From positions 32,001 through 96,000 of the forward strand of contig JBHLQH010000004.1 in assembly GCA_048884965.1 (NCBI GenBank): a stretch of 64,000 bases of DNA, written 5' to 3'. The position numbers and the translations under genes are program-made. Position 1 is the stretch's first letter. Each line of letters starts with the position of its first letter. Shown piece by piece: positions 31,637-42,357 of this stretch. The DNA comes from Candidatus Thorarchaeota archaeon. Lineage in GTDB: Archaea > Asgardarchaeota > Thorarchaeia > Thorarchaeales > Thorarchaeaceae. Under the pieces are notes generated by a model. That model did not search any database. It was not told where the DNA came from and saw only the letters and a list, made by a program, of their open reading frames with translations.

Positions 31637-33463
31637 TTACTTGTTCCTCATAAGCACATATCCGCCAACGAGGACAACTACTGCGGCTCCGATACCACCA
31701 ACAACAAGGGCCAGTGTTATATCAACTGGAGGTTCACCAGTATTTGTCGTAGGAGTGGTACTCCTGTCAAGACCATAGAAGAAATTGGGATTTCGACTTA
31801 GCTCAACGAACTCACCGTCAATTGCTTCAGTGATATTGAATGGTCCAGAGGTTACCATTGGCGATGCGGGAGGATCTGGCTGGTATTGTTGCCAGTCATC
31901 AGGATCAAGATCTTCAAAGATATGCTTGGGGATAATTGGGTCATAGCCACACAGATGCAGATTCCAGAATGACTCGGTGGAGTACTCGACTACTACCTGA
32001 TACGTTGTGGGTGCGTAGGCTGCCACCATGTTAACTAGGTCAGGGCTGTAAGGGTTACCTGCTCCAGTATTGTAGTAGTTGAGCGTAAATGCAACATCTT
32101 CACCAGTTAGTGGCATTCCATCAGACCAAGTCGCATTCTGAAGCATATTGAAAGTTATCCTCATATGTCCATCAATAATTGCTGGATTGTCGGCATGAGT
32201 TTCCACTAGCCAAGACTCCGCGAGCCAAGGCATATCGCTACCATCAGGACCCAGAGTGATCAGAGGGTCTAGCAACATATCAAGAACTTGCTGGGTGTAG
32301 CCAGATCCTGCTGCCATGTGGTTGAATGTATCTACATCCTCAGAGTTACTCCACACAAGAGTTCCACCAAATGGACCACCTAGTGAATCCTTCAGATGGA
32401 CCTTCATATTTGTCCAGTAACCTGGGATACCATCAAGAACATCTTCTTGGAACCCTTCGAACTTATCAGTTCTGTATGGGTAGAGCTGAATGTTGTTGTA
32501 GAGAATGATCTCTGGACACTCATAAACGAATATCTTCTGCATCTCAATTGCAGCCTCATAGACCTCCTCAAAGGTTGTACCTGTCTTCAATTGAGGAATC
32601 CATGAATCATAAGTTGCATTGCGGAAATTGGGCAAGTTGAGGTAGGGTTCAGTTGCATAGGCAGAACCAAACTGGGTCTCTAGCCAATCAACATCCATTG
32701 TATTGAAACTAGTACCGAGAAAGACGATATCATAATCACCGTGGAAGTACAAACGATTAAGATAGTCATAGAAGTCAGTTGCTTGAGAGTCCCCATCGAT
32801 ATCTAGAGCTTCAAGTGCCTCTGCTAAAATCTCACCACATTGAATAGCGATAGCTGAAGTAGATGCACATTCAACAAGGATGTCAAAGTCGCTTCCATCA
32901 GGAGCTTCTCGGATACCATCCTCATCAACATCCAGAAAGCCAGCATCATCAAGCAGTTGATTCCCGTAAACAACATTGGCTTCATAATAGGTATATGGCA
33001 GCTGTCCCTCTACTGAGTAAAGGTGACCTTCAGGAATGCAGCTGTCCAACGGTTGGGACAGACCATCCCATACGTCGTCAGATATTGCTTCCTTATCAAG
33101 TGCAAAAGCAATAGCACGTCTAAGCGCAGTAATGTTCAACGGATATTTGTCACAGTTGATCTCAACGTAACCATATCCCATTCTTGGTTTATGAAATACC
33201 TCGATATCCTCAGCTTCGACCAATGTTTCAAGAAACGCGGGATCAAGCTGATCATCGATCAAATCGATAGTGCCATCCTGAATAGCAATGACTCTCTGGT
33301 CTTCTTGAGTGATGACATCGAATACTATTTTGTCGATGTATGGACCACTCTTCGCATGACCTGGCACGGTTTGTGCAGCAACGAGAGCTGGGGAAACTGC
33401 CATTAAAAGAAAAGCAGTTACCAATGTCATTGCCAGGAGGCGCTTCTGTGTATTTGACAGCAT
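31637..33463 (-). CDS. ABC transporter family-5 (peptide/nickel) substrate-binding protein, circularly permuted, with signal peptide and C-terminal TM anchor
   Basis: LRRAIAFALDK, PWLAESW, NATWSDGMPLTGEDVAFT and VTSGPF; Thr-rich linker plus TM. Start taken at MLSNTQKR. Confidence 0.9.
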   Translation of the reverse strand: MLSNTQKRLLAMTLVTAFLLMAVSPALVAAQTVPGHAKSGPYIDKIVFDVITQEDQRVIAIQDGTIDLIDDQLDPAFLETLVEAEDIEVFHKPRMGYGYVEINCDKYPLNITALRRAIAFALDKEAISDDVWDGLSQPLDSCIPEGHLYSVEGQLPYTYYEANVVYGNQLLDDAGFLDVDEDGIREAPDGSDFDILVECASTSAIAIQCGEILAEALEALDIDGDSQATDFYDYLNRLYFHGDYDIVFLGTSFNTMDVDWLETQFGSAYATEPYLNLPNFRNATYDSWIPQLKTGTTFEEVYEAAIEMQKIFVYECPEIILYNNIQLYPYRTDKFEGFQEDVLDGIPGYWTNMKVHLKDSLGGPFGGTLVWSNSEDVDTFNHMAAGSGYTQQVLDMLLDPLITLGPDGSDMPWLAESWLVETHADNPAIIDGHMRITFNMLQNATWSDGMPLTGEDVAFTLNYYNTGAGNPYSPDLVNMVAAYAPTTYQVVVEYSTESFWNLHLCGYDPIIPKHIFEDLDPDDWQQYQPDPPASPMVTSGPFNITEAIDGEFVELSRNPNFFYGLDRSTTPTTNTGEPPVDITLALVVGGIGAAVVVLVGGYVLMRNK

Positions 33464-33687
33464 TGTGTTTTTTCTCCATTCTCCGAGTCGAAGAGAGATG
33501 CGTTGCGGTGTGCAACACTTGTTATACACTCGAGAGTTTCGTTAATAGGGATGAATGCACTCCAAGCTATGTGTGAGAATGAGTATAGTGCTTTGCGTTC
33601 ATGGAAAGCGTCAGCAACCCGATTTGACTTATGAATACGGAATCAGCAATCTATATGTTGAAGTGTTTATCGCAAAGAAAGCTGGTA

Positions 33688-34755
33688 ATGACGATGGATT
33701 CCAGAATAGAAGAACATGCCAAGATAATAGTGGAATGGAGTACTGAGATCAAGAAAGGCGAGATGGTAGCAGTCGTTGCTAGTCCCCTATCTCACGACCT
33801 AGCTGTCGCGGTAACCAAGGAGATCGCGAAAGCGGGAGCACAGTCAATGACGTTAATGAATAGCGAGGAGATAACAAGGGCGTTCTTCGATGGCGCAAAT
33901 GATGAAACCCTCAGCACTGAGCCATCACATTTACGAGCTCTCACGGAGAAATGCGATGCTTACATAGTCATACGTTCACCAATGAATGTCACAGCACTAG
34001 CAAATGTTGATCCTCGGAAAATGCTTCTTCAGAATAAGGCAAACCAAGAGATTCAAGCTGTACGTCTATCGAAGAAATGGTGCCTAACAGTCCATCCCTG
34101 CCTTACATTAGCACAACAGGCTAATATGAGTATGAATGAGTACCAGGATTTTGTATATGGAGCTACTCTCATCGATTGGAAGGAGGAGAGCAAGAACCTA
34201 TTCTTGATGAAGGAACATCTGGAACGACACACCGATATCCGATACATTGGACCAGAAACTGACCTCTTTGCGAAAACTGAGGGAAGGATCTGGATAGCAT
34301 CAGATGGAAAACACAATCTACCTAGCGGCGAAGTCTTTACAGCCCCAGTCGAGGATTCAGTTGAGGGGAAAATATACTTCGATATCCCATTCTTGCAGCA
34401 AGGGAAAGTCATAGAGGGTGTCAGGTTGACTTTCGAAAAGGGGGAGGTAGTAGACTATTCAGCTGAAAAATCACAAGAAACCCTTCAGTCTATCATTGAA
34501 ACAGATGAGGGATCACGTAGGTTAGGAGAGATGGCGATTGGGACCAATAGAGGTATCAAACAATACACTCTCAATATGCTCTTTGATGAGAAGATCGGAG
34601 ACACCATCCACTGCGCCCTAGGTCGAGCCTACAAGGATTGCAACGGATTGAATGAATCAGCAATTCATGTTGATATGATTAAAACGATGATCGATGGTGA
34701 AATCATCGCAGGTGACGAGACTATCTACTCCAAGGGTAAGTACTTCTATGAATAG
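33688..34755 (+). CDS. Aminopeptidase, peptidase M29 (AmpS/PepS type)
   Basis: NLPSGEVFTAP, LGEMAIGTN, LFDEKIGDTIHCALG and SAIHVDMI. Confidence 0.93.
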   Translation: MTMDSRIEEHAKIIVEWSTEIKKGEMVAVVASPLSHDLAVAVTKEIAKAGAQSMTLMNSEEITRAFFDGANDETLSTEPSHLRALTEKCDAYIVIRSPMNVTALANVDPRKMLLQNKANQEIQAVRLSKKWCLTVHPCLTLAQQANMSMNEYQDFVYGATLIDWKEESKNLFLMKEHLERHTDIRYIGPETDLFAKTEGRIWIASDGKHNLPSGEVFTAPVEDSVEGKIYFDIPFLQQGKVIEGVRLTFEKGEVVDYSAEKSQETLQSIIETDEGSRRLGEMAIGTNRGIKQYTLNMLFDEKIGDTIHCALGRAYKDCNGLNESAIHVDMIKTMIDGEIIAGDETIYSKGKYFYE

Positions 34756-34786
34756 GTTTCTAGAAGACAGCGGTAAATACACAAAT

Positions 34787-34809
34787 AGGAACGGAGAAAC
34801 ACCGTTCCT
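34787..34809. terminator. Hairpin between convergent genes
   Basis: AGGAACGG-N7-CCGTTCCT. Confidence 0.45.
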
Positions 34810-34829
34810 TATGCACTTTACATCTAGCC

Positions 34830-35867
34830 TTAGGACTTAGGTATGCATATTGTGAATTCCGATCCCCTGCATTCTTCCTTCTCAAATCTAGGCTTGAATT
34901 TGATTCTCCCACCATATTTCTTTGCGATTCTTACACTTTGGGTTATACCTATACCTCCAAAGCGTCGCTCTGAATCGAATAAAGTTCCAATAAGATGCTT
35001 GGGAATACCAGGACCATTGTCAGAAATGGCTATCTCGTATAATGAGCCACTTTTGGTAGCATGAACCCACAGTATCTTTGTTTTGGAAGGATTGTGTACA
35101 ACTCCATTCTCCAAGATGTTAATGAATAAATTCTCAAGAAACGCATCAGCCCTTACGATAGCATTTTGAATCTCGATTTTCAAATTGACTTGGACAGAGG
35201 GATGACGATATCGAAGGATTTTGACTGCTTGCATGAGGACATCCTCAAGGATGACATCATGTAAAGGGACATTCAGGAATCCACGTGTGGATTGGACCTT
35301 CTCAATGATTGTCCCTAGAGATCCTACTGAGTCGATGATAGCCTCGATAGCATCCAGTGACTCAGCTCCACTACAGGTATCACCGAGAATCTCAGCACCA
35401 AGAAGAGTTGCCTGAAGCCTATTCCTGAGATCATGTGCCATGATATCAAGAACTGCCTCAAGTTCCTCTTCAGCACGATATCTTGCAGAAACATCAGTCG
35501 CGATGTGAATCACTCGATCAAGTGTGCCGTCATCTGCGTAAATGGGAGTGCATGAAACCAAGTATGTTCCACCCAGCGCTTCGATGAGCATCTCATTGGT
35601 TTCTAGCTTCAGTGAGTCTTTGAGGGCAGTAAGTGGACAGCCACATGCAGGTTCGTCAGATTTATGGAATATTTCATGACAGAACTTTCCGTTCATTTCT
35701 TCCTCTGGACGATTCAAGGTGTTAACTGTGGCCTTATTGACTAGAAGAACCCTGTAGTCTTTATCAAGAATCATAATAGGATGCCCGATAGCCTGAAAGA
35801 TATTCTCCCATTCCTTGACATGGACATCATGAGTCTTTGTCAAACTAACCTCTCCTCCGAACAGCAA
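34830..35867 (-). CDS. PAS-domain sensor histidine kinase
   Basis: PAS domain with CHEIF...CGCP, H-box AHDLRN, N-box NILENG, DNGPGI and GGIGI. Confidence 0.88.
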   Translation of the reverse strand: MLFGGEVSLTKTHDVHVKEWENIFQAIGHPIMILDKDYRVLLVNKATVNTLNRPEEEMNGKFCHEIFHKSDEPACGCPLTALKDSLKLETNEMLIEALGGTYLVSCTPIYADDGTLDRVIHIATDVSARYRAEEELEAVLDIMAHDLRNRLQATLLGAEILGDTCSGAESLDAIEAIIDSVGSLGTIIEKVQSTRGFLNVPLHDVILEDVLMQAVKILRYRHPSVQVNLKIEIQNAIVRADAFLENLFINILENGVVHNPSKTKILWVHATKSGSLYEIAISDNGPGIPKHLIGTLFDSERRFGGIGITQSVRIAKKYGGRIKFKPRFEKEECRGSEFTICIPKS

Positions 35868-35942
35868 CCTTTCATGTATGACTCTTCATCCCTTTTGGCT
35901 TTTCCTAGGTAGAGAATGATGTGCGAATGTCTTTAAGGTACC

Positions 35943-36884
35943 ATGTTCGAGGTTGATGAAGAGGTTAGGTTAGTGACGACAATCAAGGGCTGCAATGATA
36001 CAGAAATCATCGTGACCTATCCAATCGTTGGAGCGATTTGGGGAGCAGAGGAGTTCCTAAGGAAGAAGATGCAAACCAAGGATTGGGACTCGATGAATGT
36101 CATTCAAGAAGCATTCATTTCTAAATTCCTAGCTAAATGCAAAAAGGAAGTTCCAACTGTCCGAGAAATCGAATGCATAGCGCATCTAGATGTCATGGTC
36201 GTCAATGAGTGGCTAAAGCGACATGGATTCTCAATATCACTGAACCCAACATCATCTGAGGGAATCTCCACTGCCAGCAAACTAGACTTGACAGGCTATT
36301 GGGCAAGCATTGGAAGAGTGAGTGAGGTCTACTGCGAAGATGGAACGAATTATCCGGGTGTCAAAATGGATTCAGGTTATACCTTCTTCAAAACTGATGG
36401 GATTGAGAATCCAATTGTTAGGATTAAGACTGAGGCAGATGATGAAGTCTATGTGCTCATGATTGACAAGGCCCCAATCGGATTCGCGATGGTGGACTTC
36501 ATCGAAGACATACAGTCAAAGATGAAGCAAACAATGATTGATCATTCTGAACTCATCTTTCCTATGATAGATTTGGATATTGAGAAATCTCTTGATTGGA
36601 TACTTGGGATGCGGTTGAATGTTGATAGTCCAAGTGCATCATTCTACGAAATTGCCCAAGCTCTTCAACAAATAAAATTGAAGATGAATGAGAAGGGATT
36701 TCGAGTAAAGAGCGCTGCTGCGATACAGATGATCTTAGGTTCCGCACTATTCGAGAAAGCAGAACCATACATCGTTGATAGACCCTTTCTGATGTGGATT
36801 CGCAGACCTTCTCTTTCAAAGCCACTGCTTGTTGGATATTTCAACAGAGATGTTTGGAAGAATCCTGAAGGTCTTGATATGTAG
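35943..36884 (+). CDS. Short, divergent serpin-like protein
   Basis: MNEKG hinge and the YIVDRPFLMWIR...PLLVGYF serpin C-terminal signature; L.FPMIDL before it. Confidence 0.7.
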   Translation: MFEVDEEVRLVTTIKGCNDTEIIVTYPIVGAIWGAEEFLRKKMQTKDWDSMNVIQEAFISKFLAKCKKEVPTVREIECIAHLDVMVVNEWLKRHGFSISLNPTSSEGISTASKLDLTGYWASIGRVSEVYCEDGTNYPGVKMDSGYTFFKTDGIENPIVRIKTEADDEVYVLMIDKAPIGFAMVDFIEDIQSKMKQTMIDHSELIFPMIDLDIEKSLDWILGMRLNVDSPSASFYEIAQALQQIKLKMNEKGFRVKSAAAIQMILGSALFEKAEPYIVDRPFLMWIRRPSLSKPLLVGYFNRDVWKNPEGLDM

Positions 36885-36964
36885 GTCAAAGATATATCGG
36901 CTCACGAAAGGCTTATTCATACAACACGAGAAGAGTTACTATCCACGTCAATCGAGGGACTCAT

Positions 36965-37369
36965 ATGTGCTATGCTAATGCTGACAATGAAGGAAATCCC
37001 GTGGGGATGATGGCCGGAATTTGTATCATGATGTTGTCGTTCTTTGGTGGGTTCCTCTTCATGATTGACAACATTGACAACTTGGGTGTCGGAGGTATCC
37101 TATTCTTCCTCATGGTCGTTCCAATGTTAGGATTCTTTATTGGATTCGTTGTGATCTATAAAACTAACAAGAATATCTTCCCTACTACTGGGATGTTCCG
37201 TCCGACAAGATCAACCAGTCATGAAGTCAGCTATGTCTATGAACCTCCCGAAAAATGTCCCAATTGCAAGGGAATACTGAGTGCGGAAACAATCGAATGG
37301 GTGGGGCCATTAACTGCAAAGTGTCCCTATTGTGGGAGCTCGGTAAAAACTGAAAAGCGGAGAGTATGA
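36965..37369 (+). CDS. Hypothetical 2-TM protein with C-terminal zinc ribbon
   Basis: CPNC...CPYCG after two TM segments. Confidence 0.75.
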   Translation: MCYANADNEGNPVGMMAGICIMMLSFFGGFLFMIDNIDNLGVGGILFFLMVVPMLGFFIGFVVIYKTNKNIFPTTGMFRPTRSTSHEVSYVYEPPEKCPNCKGILSAETIEWVGPLTAKCPYCGSSVKTEKRRV

Positions 37370-37633
37370 CCCTCACGAGTTTACTGAGATTATGCACAGT
37401 TTCGAAAATAATTACACGACTGCCTTTTATTAGCCACAAGTTCGATATATTAGAATCACGTTCGATTATGTGTAATTCTGAATTCGAGGAGAGATTATCT
37501 AGGAACCTTATGTATGAATTGATGGTACAATAGTCAAGATATTTACCATCTTATTTGATGATAATCTCACGAATGGGATGCTTGGGCACCACCTTTGCAG
37601 AGGATGAGAGGTGCGAACGTGAAGAGAGCTTGC

Positions 37634-39868
37634 ATGAGAAACCAAGTAGCATTAGTAGTGCTACTAATATTTGTCCTTGGCGTAGGTGTATCCCTGACAA
37701 TTGCGCATCCACTAAAATCCAGCTCATCATATATTAGTCCGGATTCAAAGGATACTCAAAGGGCGAAGCCAGCAGTTGCTGTGTCTTATGTCGATCATGG
37801 TCCGATAGTTGTTCAGGATAATGAGGATTTCGAAGATGGTGATTGGGAAGGAGACGGCTCCAAGTTTTCGCCCTATACAATAAGTGGTTTCAAGTTCAAT
37901 ACTACGGGGATTGCTATTTTCATTGAAAAGACGACTGCCTTTTTCAAAATAAGTGATTGCCTTTTCGTTGGAGGCTGTACAACTACTGGAATATATCTTG
38001 ACTCTCTTGAGAATGGTACTGTTGAGAACAGCTTCTTCACAGGAATAGGTTTTGGGTTAAGAAGCGATAAGGCAGATAGCATTCTCGTGAATGGGTCCTC
38101 ATTCTCTGAATGCCACACCGGTCTCGAACTAGAAAAGACCAATAACACAACTATCATCTCATCAACATTCGTATCAATGACGACAGCTATTAGCATATCA
38201 AAATGTGACTCAGTTCAAATCGAGTCTTGCATATTTGGGGACAATGAATATGGTGTACATCTTGTGAAAGGAAATGAAATTTCGATAATAGATAGCATCT
38301 ATGATGAAGGTAAAATCGGATTTCTTTCAGAAGATAGCGAGGATGTGTTTGCTAACAAGTCTGTTTTCTCTAGTTTGCTTTATGGTATCTTTCTCTCAGA
38401 TACTGAAAGATCAGACATCCTGAATAGTGATTTCGTAGGGTGCAGCTATGGCATCTATGTGCTAAATTGTGATGAAGCCAACATTAGAAGTAATCAGATT
38501 TCGAATGACGATTATGGAGTGTATCTTACTTCAGCTGACTTGTTCAATGTGACTTCTAATCATATTGAGAACTGTGGTTATGATGGTGTGAATGTAAGAA
38601 CCACTGACAATGGGCTGATTAAAGGCAATATCATCGAAAACAATGATAGGTACGGCATTCGTTTGCTCTCATCAGACGACATTATAATATATGGAAACGA
38701 GATTGGATGGAACGACGAAGAGAATGCGATTGATTTGATAGGAACATTACCATTTATTCCAACGAATCAATGGCATGATAATTCCAGCCTTGGCAACGGG
38801 TACAGTGACTACACCGGAACAAGTACATACGTTATCCCCGGTACTGTTGCCAGTGTCGATAAGTATCCAAAGCACATTCTATATGTATCATCACCAAGCG
38901 ATGTCGCTATTGAGCTCGGAGAGAGTATGATACTTGAGTGGGACTCATCCGCCGTCAATCCCGATAGTTATCGCATTACTCGTGATTCTACAATACTTAG
39001 AGAAGATGATTGGGTTTCACCATCCATCTCGATAGAGATACCAGACAACCTCACTCCAGGTATCTATCATTACACCATCTGGCTAAATACAACCAGCAAT
39101 CGTGTAATAATGGATTCAGTTCAGATTGTTATTAGCGATACGACAAGCCCTGTATGGATAGAAACCCCATCTGATCAATCTATAGAATCTGGAGATGATT
39201 TCTCCTATCTCCTCCAAGCGACTGACCTAGGCGGAATTGCGTTCTATTGGGTCAATGATACTACTCACTTTTCTATCGCTGATAATCTACTTGAAAGTGT
39301 TGGAATACTACCCTTATCTCGCTACCCGATAGAAGTGAGAGCATATGATCCAGATGATAACTATTGCACATCCATCCTAATCGTTTCGGTTACTGATTCC
39401 ATTCTTCCAGAGTTGTCGCATCCTGAAGATCTCGAATATGAATATGGAGCTTCTGAGAATTACATTGAATGGACTTTCTCTGATGAGAATCCAAATTACT
39501 ACAAAGTCTATCTGAACGATGAGTTGCGACAACAAGGAAATTGGAATGAGTCGTCTGATTCAGTTAGAGTCAATGTAGATGGTCTCTCATTAGGAGAGCA
39601 TGTCTTCCGTATAATCATCTTTGACATGGGCAACAACTCTGTATCTGATGAGGTTACGGTTATGGTGGTTGAAGCGACCACCACAACTACAACTGAAACC
39701 TCAACATCAACAACTGATTCTACAGGATCAAATACGAGCCCATCATCAACGGAAGTACCTGGCCCAGACCCGCTTCTGATTCCAGTCCTGATTCTTGGGG
39801 CAGGAATAGCTACTACTTTGGTCTTGTTTGTTCTCTTTTCGAAAAGGGAGATCCTATCAAGGGGGTAG
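37634..39868 (+). CDS. Cell-surface protein: NosD-like right-handed beta-helix, Ig-like repeats, Thr/Ser linker and TM anchor
   Basis: Signal peptide MRNQVALVVLLIF; repeated GI.L....N..I..N turns; DTTSP/DSILP repeat starts; TTTTTETSTSTT linker; C-terminal TM. Confidence 0.85.
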   Translation: MRNQVALVVLLIFVLGVGVSLTIAHPLKSSSSYISPDSKDTQRAKPAVAVSYVDHGPIVVQDNEDFEDGDWEGDGSKFSPYTISGFKFNTTGIAIFIEKTTAFFKISDCLFVGGCTTTGIYLDSLENGTVENSFFTGIGFGLRSDKADSILVNGSSFSECHTGLELEKTNNTTIISSTFVSMTTAISISKCDSVQIESCIFGDNEYGVHLVKGNEISIIDSIYDEGKIGFLSEDSEDVFANKSVFSSLLYGIFLSDTERSDILNSDFVGCSYGIYVLNCDEANIRSNQISNDDYGVYLTSADLFNVTSNHIENCGYDGVNVRTTDNGLIKGNIIENNDRYGIRLLSSDDIIIYGNEIGWNDEENAIDLIGTLPFIPTNQWHDNSSLGNGYSDYTGTSTYVIPGTVASVDKYPKHILYVSSPSDVAIELGESMILEWDSSAVNPDSYRITRDSTILREDDWVSPSISIEIPDNLTPGIYHYTIWLNTTSNRVIMDSVQIVISDTTSPVWIETPSDQSIESGDDFSYLLQATDLGGIAFYWVNDTTHFSIADNLLESVGILPLSRYPIEVRAYDPDDNYCTSILIVSVTDSILPELSHPEDLEYEYGASENYIEWTFSDENPNYYKVYLNDELRQQGNWNESSDSVRVNVDGLSLGEHVFRIIIFDMGNNSVSDEVTVMVVEATTTTTTETSTSTTDSTGSNTSPSSTEVPGPDPLLIPVLILGAGIATTLVLFVLFSKREILSRG

Positions 39869-39957
39869 TTTGCTATTGCTGGCAAGACGATAGTCTTTTT
39901 ACTCACGAGTAGATTGAGGTTCCGAATTCATGCGTTGAAGGCAATGTGAGAAGGAAA

Positions 39958-40548
39958 ATGTCGAAGCGTATCTATACAAGAAAAGGAGACAAAGGTAAAA
40001 CAGGACTATTATCAGGAGAACGAGTAGACAAGGATCATCCAAGAGTTGAAGCATATGGCACAGTGGATGAGCTCATAGCTAGTATGGGTGTAGCAAAAGT
40101 TCATTCGAGCGAGCGCATTGCAAATCACATCCACTCTATTCAGCAAATCCTATTCTATATTGCCGCAGAGCTGGCAACCAATGTAGAAGCGGTTCAATCG
40201 CCAGATGATCCAATCCTCAAGTTGAAGAGAGTGACAGAGAATGATGTAGTTGAACTTGAGAGAATTGCTGATGAGCTCGTTGAAGAACTCCCTCTACTGA
40301 AGAATTTTGTAATTCCCGGAGGTACCAAAGGAGCCTCGTTCCTGCATGTTGCAAGGACGGTGTGTAGAAGAGCAGAACGTAGGATCATTTCATTCTCAGA
40401 AGAGAACCCAGTAAATCCCGAAATAATCAGATTTGTCAACAGGTTATCGGACCTTCTATTTGTGATGTCGCGATATGAGAACCTCGAAGAAGGGGATGGA
40501 GATAATGTCATCTCAAGAGAAGGAGTAAGACGACAAACACTTGAATGA
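39958..40548 (+). CDS. pduO: ATP:cob(I)alamin adenosyltransferase (PduO type)
   Basis: IYTRKGDKGKT, AYGTVDEL, FVIPGG, RTVCRRAER and NRLSDLLF. Confidence 0.95.
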   Translation: MSKRIYTRKGDKGKTGLLSGERVDKDHPRVEAYGTVDELIASMGVAKVHSSERIANHIHSIQQILFYIAAELATNVEAVQSPDDPILKLKRVTENDVVELERIADELVEELPLLKNFVIPGGTKGASFLHVARTVCRRAERRIISFSEENPVNPEIIRFVNRLSDLLFVMSRYENLEEGDGDNVISREGVRRQTLE

Positions 40549-40550
40549 AA

Positions 40551-42155
40551 TCAATCCCTCTTGGAGCAACATCGGATCGCGAGAAACCGTAGATAGCTTC
40601 TCAATTCGTCGGAGAGATGAGAGGCAGTCCAATCCGGACAGTTTTCCTCATCAACCTTCAGCGAGTCTATGCCCACCTTTCTTAGGTGATAACGAATCTT
40701 TAGAAGACCATTATCATCAGTTACCAGTCCGATACCTAATGCACTCAAAATCTCCTGACCATATACAGTAAACCATAATGCTTCTGTATCATACACACCA
40801 TTATTCTTTATCACGTGCACACATTCAATCTCAGCTCGTCTTAGTTCGATAGTCTTGGGAGCCAATACTGCAAGAACTGGCATCGAACGTACGAGATCAA
40901 GATCAATAAAATGGGTAGAACCACCATTTCGAACCTGCTGCACAAGGGCCGTTGATAGTTCCTCGCTCAGTAGATATCTTGCTTCGTCATAAGAGGCATC
41001 ATCGCCAATATGACGAGCTATCTCAAGAGGATCACCATCAAATCCAGCTAGATGGTTTAGATTGAAGTACTCAATGAAGGATACCCGTAGGTGATACCTC
41101 GCGAGCGGATTCAACTTCTGATTGAGATCACTGTAAAGTTCTCGTACATATTCAAATCCCTTGTCTTCCATTAAATCTTGGAGATTTGCTGTAGTAACCC
41201 GATTGCGTACTGATTCGAGTCCCTGAGACCATAATAATGAACTAAAGGGAAGCACACCAAATGAGTTTCTTGGGGCCATATTGAGATCGACTAGATGAGG
41301 TAATCCAAAAAGAGGCCAGATATCAAGGGAATTGGAATCAATTCCGGAGATATTGATGGATTCAATGGCTTCACATTTCATGAGAGGATACAGGTCAAGA
41401 TTGGTAATCTTGTTCTGAGAGATTCCTAAAGAAACCAGCTCTTTGCAGAATCTAAGATAAGAAAGATCTAGTTCTTGGACCTGTGTCCAATCCATCAGAA
41501 GTGAATGCAGATTCGGTGAAGTAGATAGGAAGCTAAGATCTATTGATGAGAGAGGATTCTCATTGACATTGAATACTTTGAGTACGAATTTGTTCTTGAG
41601 AGGCTGCGTATCAATCTCACGAATCCAGTTCTTAGATATATCAAAGCTTTCGAGAGCATCGGCATTGGTCAAGGGAGAAGGGTCAAGAGCATCAAGCTGA
41701 TTGTTGCTTAAGTTCAACTGACGAAGCATTGTACAATCTGTCAACGAGGAGAGATTTATTGAATGAATATGATTGTAAGAAACGTCCAAGACCTCTAGGT
41801 CACTACACCGGTCTATTGAACCTAGTTTTAATCCCTTCAAGAGATTCCTATTCAGTCGTAATTCTCTAAGGGTTTCATTGAATCTTAGAAGAGACAAGTC
41901 AAGATGGAGTAGTTTGTTATTGGAGATATCGAGATATTGAATATTCTTCAGGATAGAAAGATCAGAGATATCAATACGCTCTAAACGATTCTGACTCAGT
42001 TTCAGAGTACGTAAATTATCTAATTCGCCAATCTGAGATAGATCGATTTCAAAGATATTTAGACCTGAAAGGTCTACAGTCTCAGTATCCACTGGATAGG
42101 AAGCAGTTTCCTTTTTTCGAGTGAATCTGAAGAAATCGATATCAATGCTATTCAT
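40551..42155 (-). CDS. Leucine-rich repeat protein
   Basis: About 11 regular 22-aa LxxLxLxxNxLxxIDLxxL repeats followed by a helical C-terminal region. Confidence 0.92.
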   Translation of the reverse strand: MNSIDIDFFRFTRKKETASYPVDTETVDLSGLNIFEIDLSQIGELDNLRTLKLSQNRLERIDISDLSILKNIQYLDISNNKLLHLDLSLLRFNETLRELRLNRNLLKGLKLGSIDRCSDLEVLDVSYNHIHSINLSSLTDCTMLRQLNLSNNQLDALDPSPLTNADALESFDISKNWIREIDTQPLKNKFVLKVFNVNENPLSSIDLSFLSTSPNLHSLLMDWTQVQELDLSYLRFCKELVSLGISQNKITNLDLYPLMKCEAIESINISGIDSNSLDIWPLFGLPHLVDLNMAPRNSFGVLPFSSLLWSQGLESVRNRVTTANLQDLMEDKGFEYVRELYSDLNQKLNPLARYHLRVSFIEYFNLNHLAGFDGDPLEIARHIGDDASYDEARYLLSEELSTALVQQVRNGGSTHFIDLDLVRSMPVLAVLAPKTIELRRAEIECVHVIKNNGVYDTEALWFTVYGQEILSALGIGLVTDDNGLLKIRYHLRKVGIDSLKVDEENCPDWTASHLSDELRSYLRFLAIRCCSKRD

Positions 42156-42357
42156 GGTCCAGAGCTCTATGAGACTTATTAGCTCCTAGATTTCATCCGA
42201 TGCTAAAGAATCTTCTACTACTGCCAAAATACTGACCTGATGGATAATATTCAAAGAATAGCTGAAATCGTGATGGAAGGAGTCGCACATCACCAAGTAT
42301 GGAAAAACCACTAGAATTCAATGGAATCATATCTGATTGGTCAAGAGGGTAATCTTT

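Noticed and set aside
34735-34755. HbYX-like FYE terminus of the M29 aminopeptidase
   Set aside because: Probably chance, since there is no flexible tail. It also shows that an HbYX match alone is weak evidence.
42160-42350. Several 24-46 codon ORFs in the LRR-wHTH gap
   Set aside because: No motif, poor SD spacing, and mutually overlapping.
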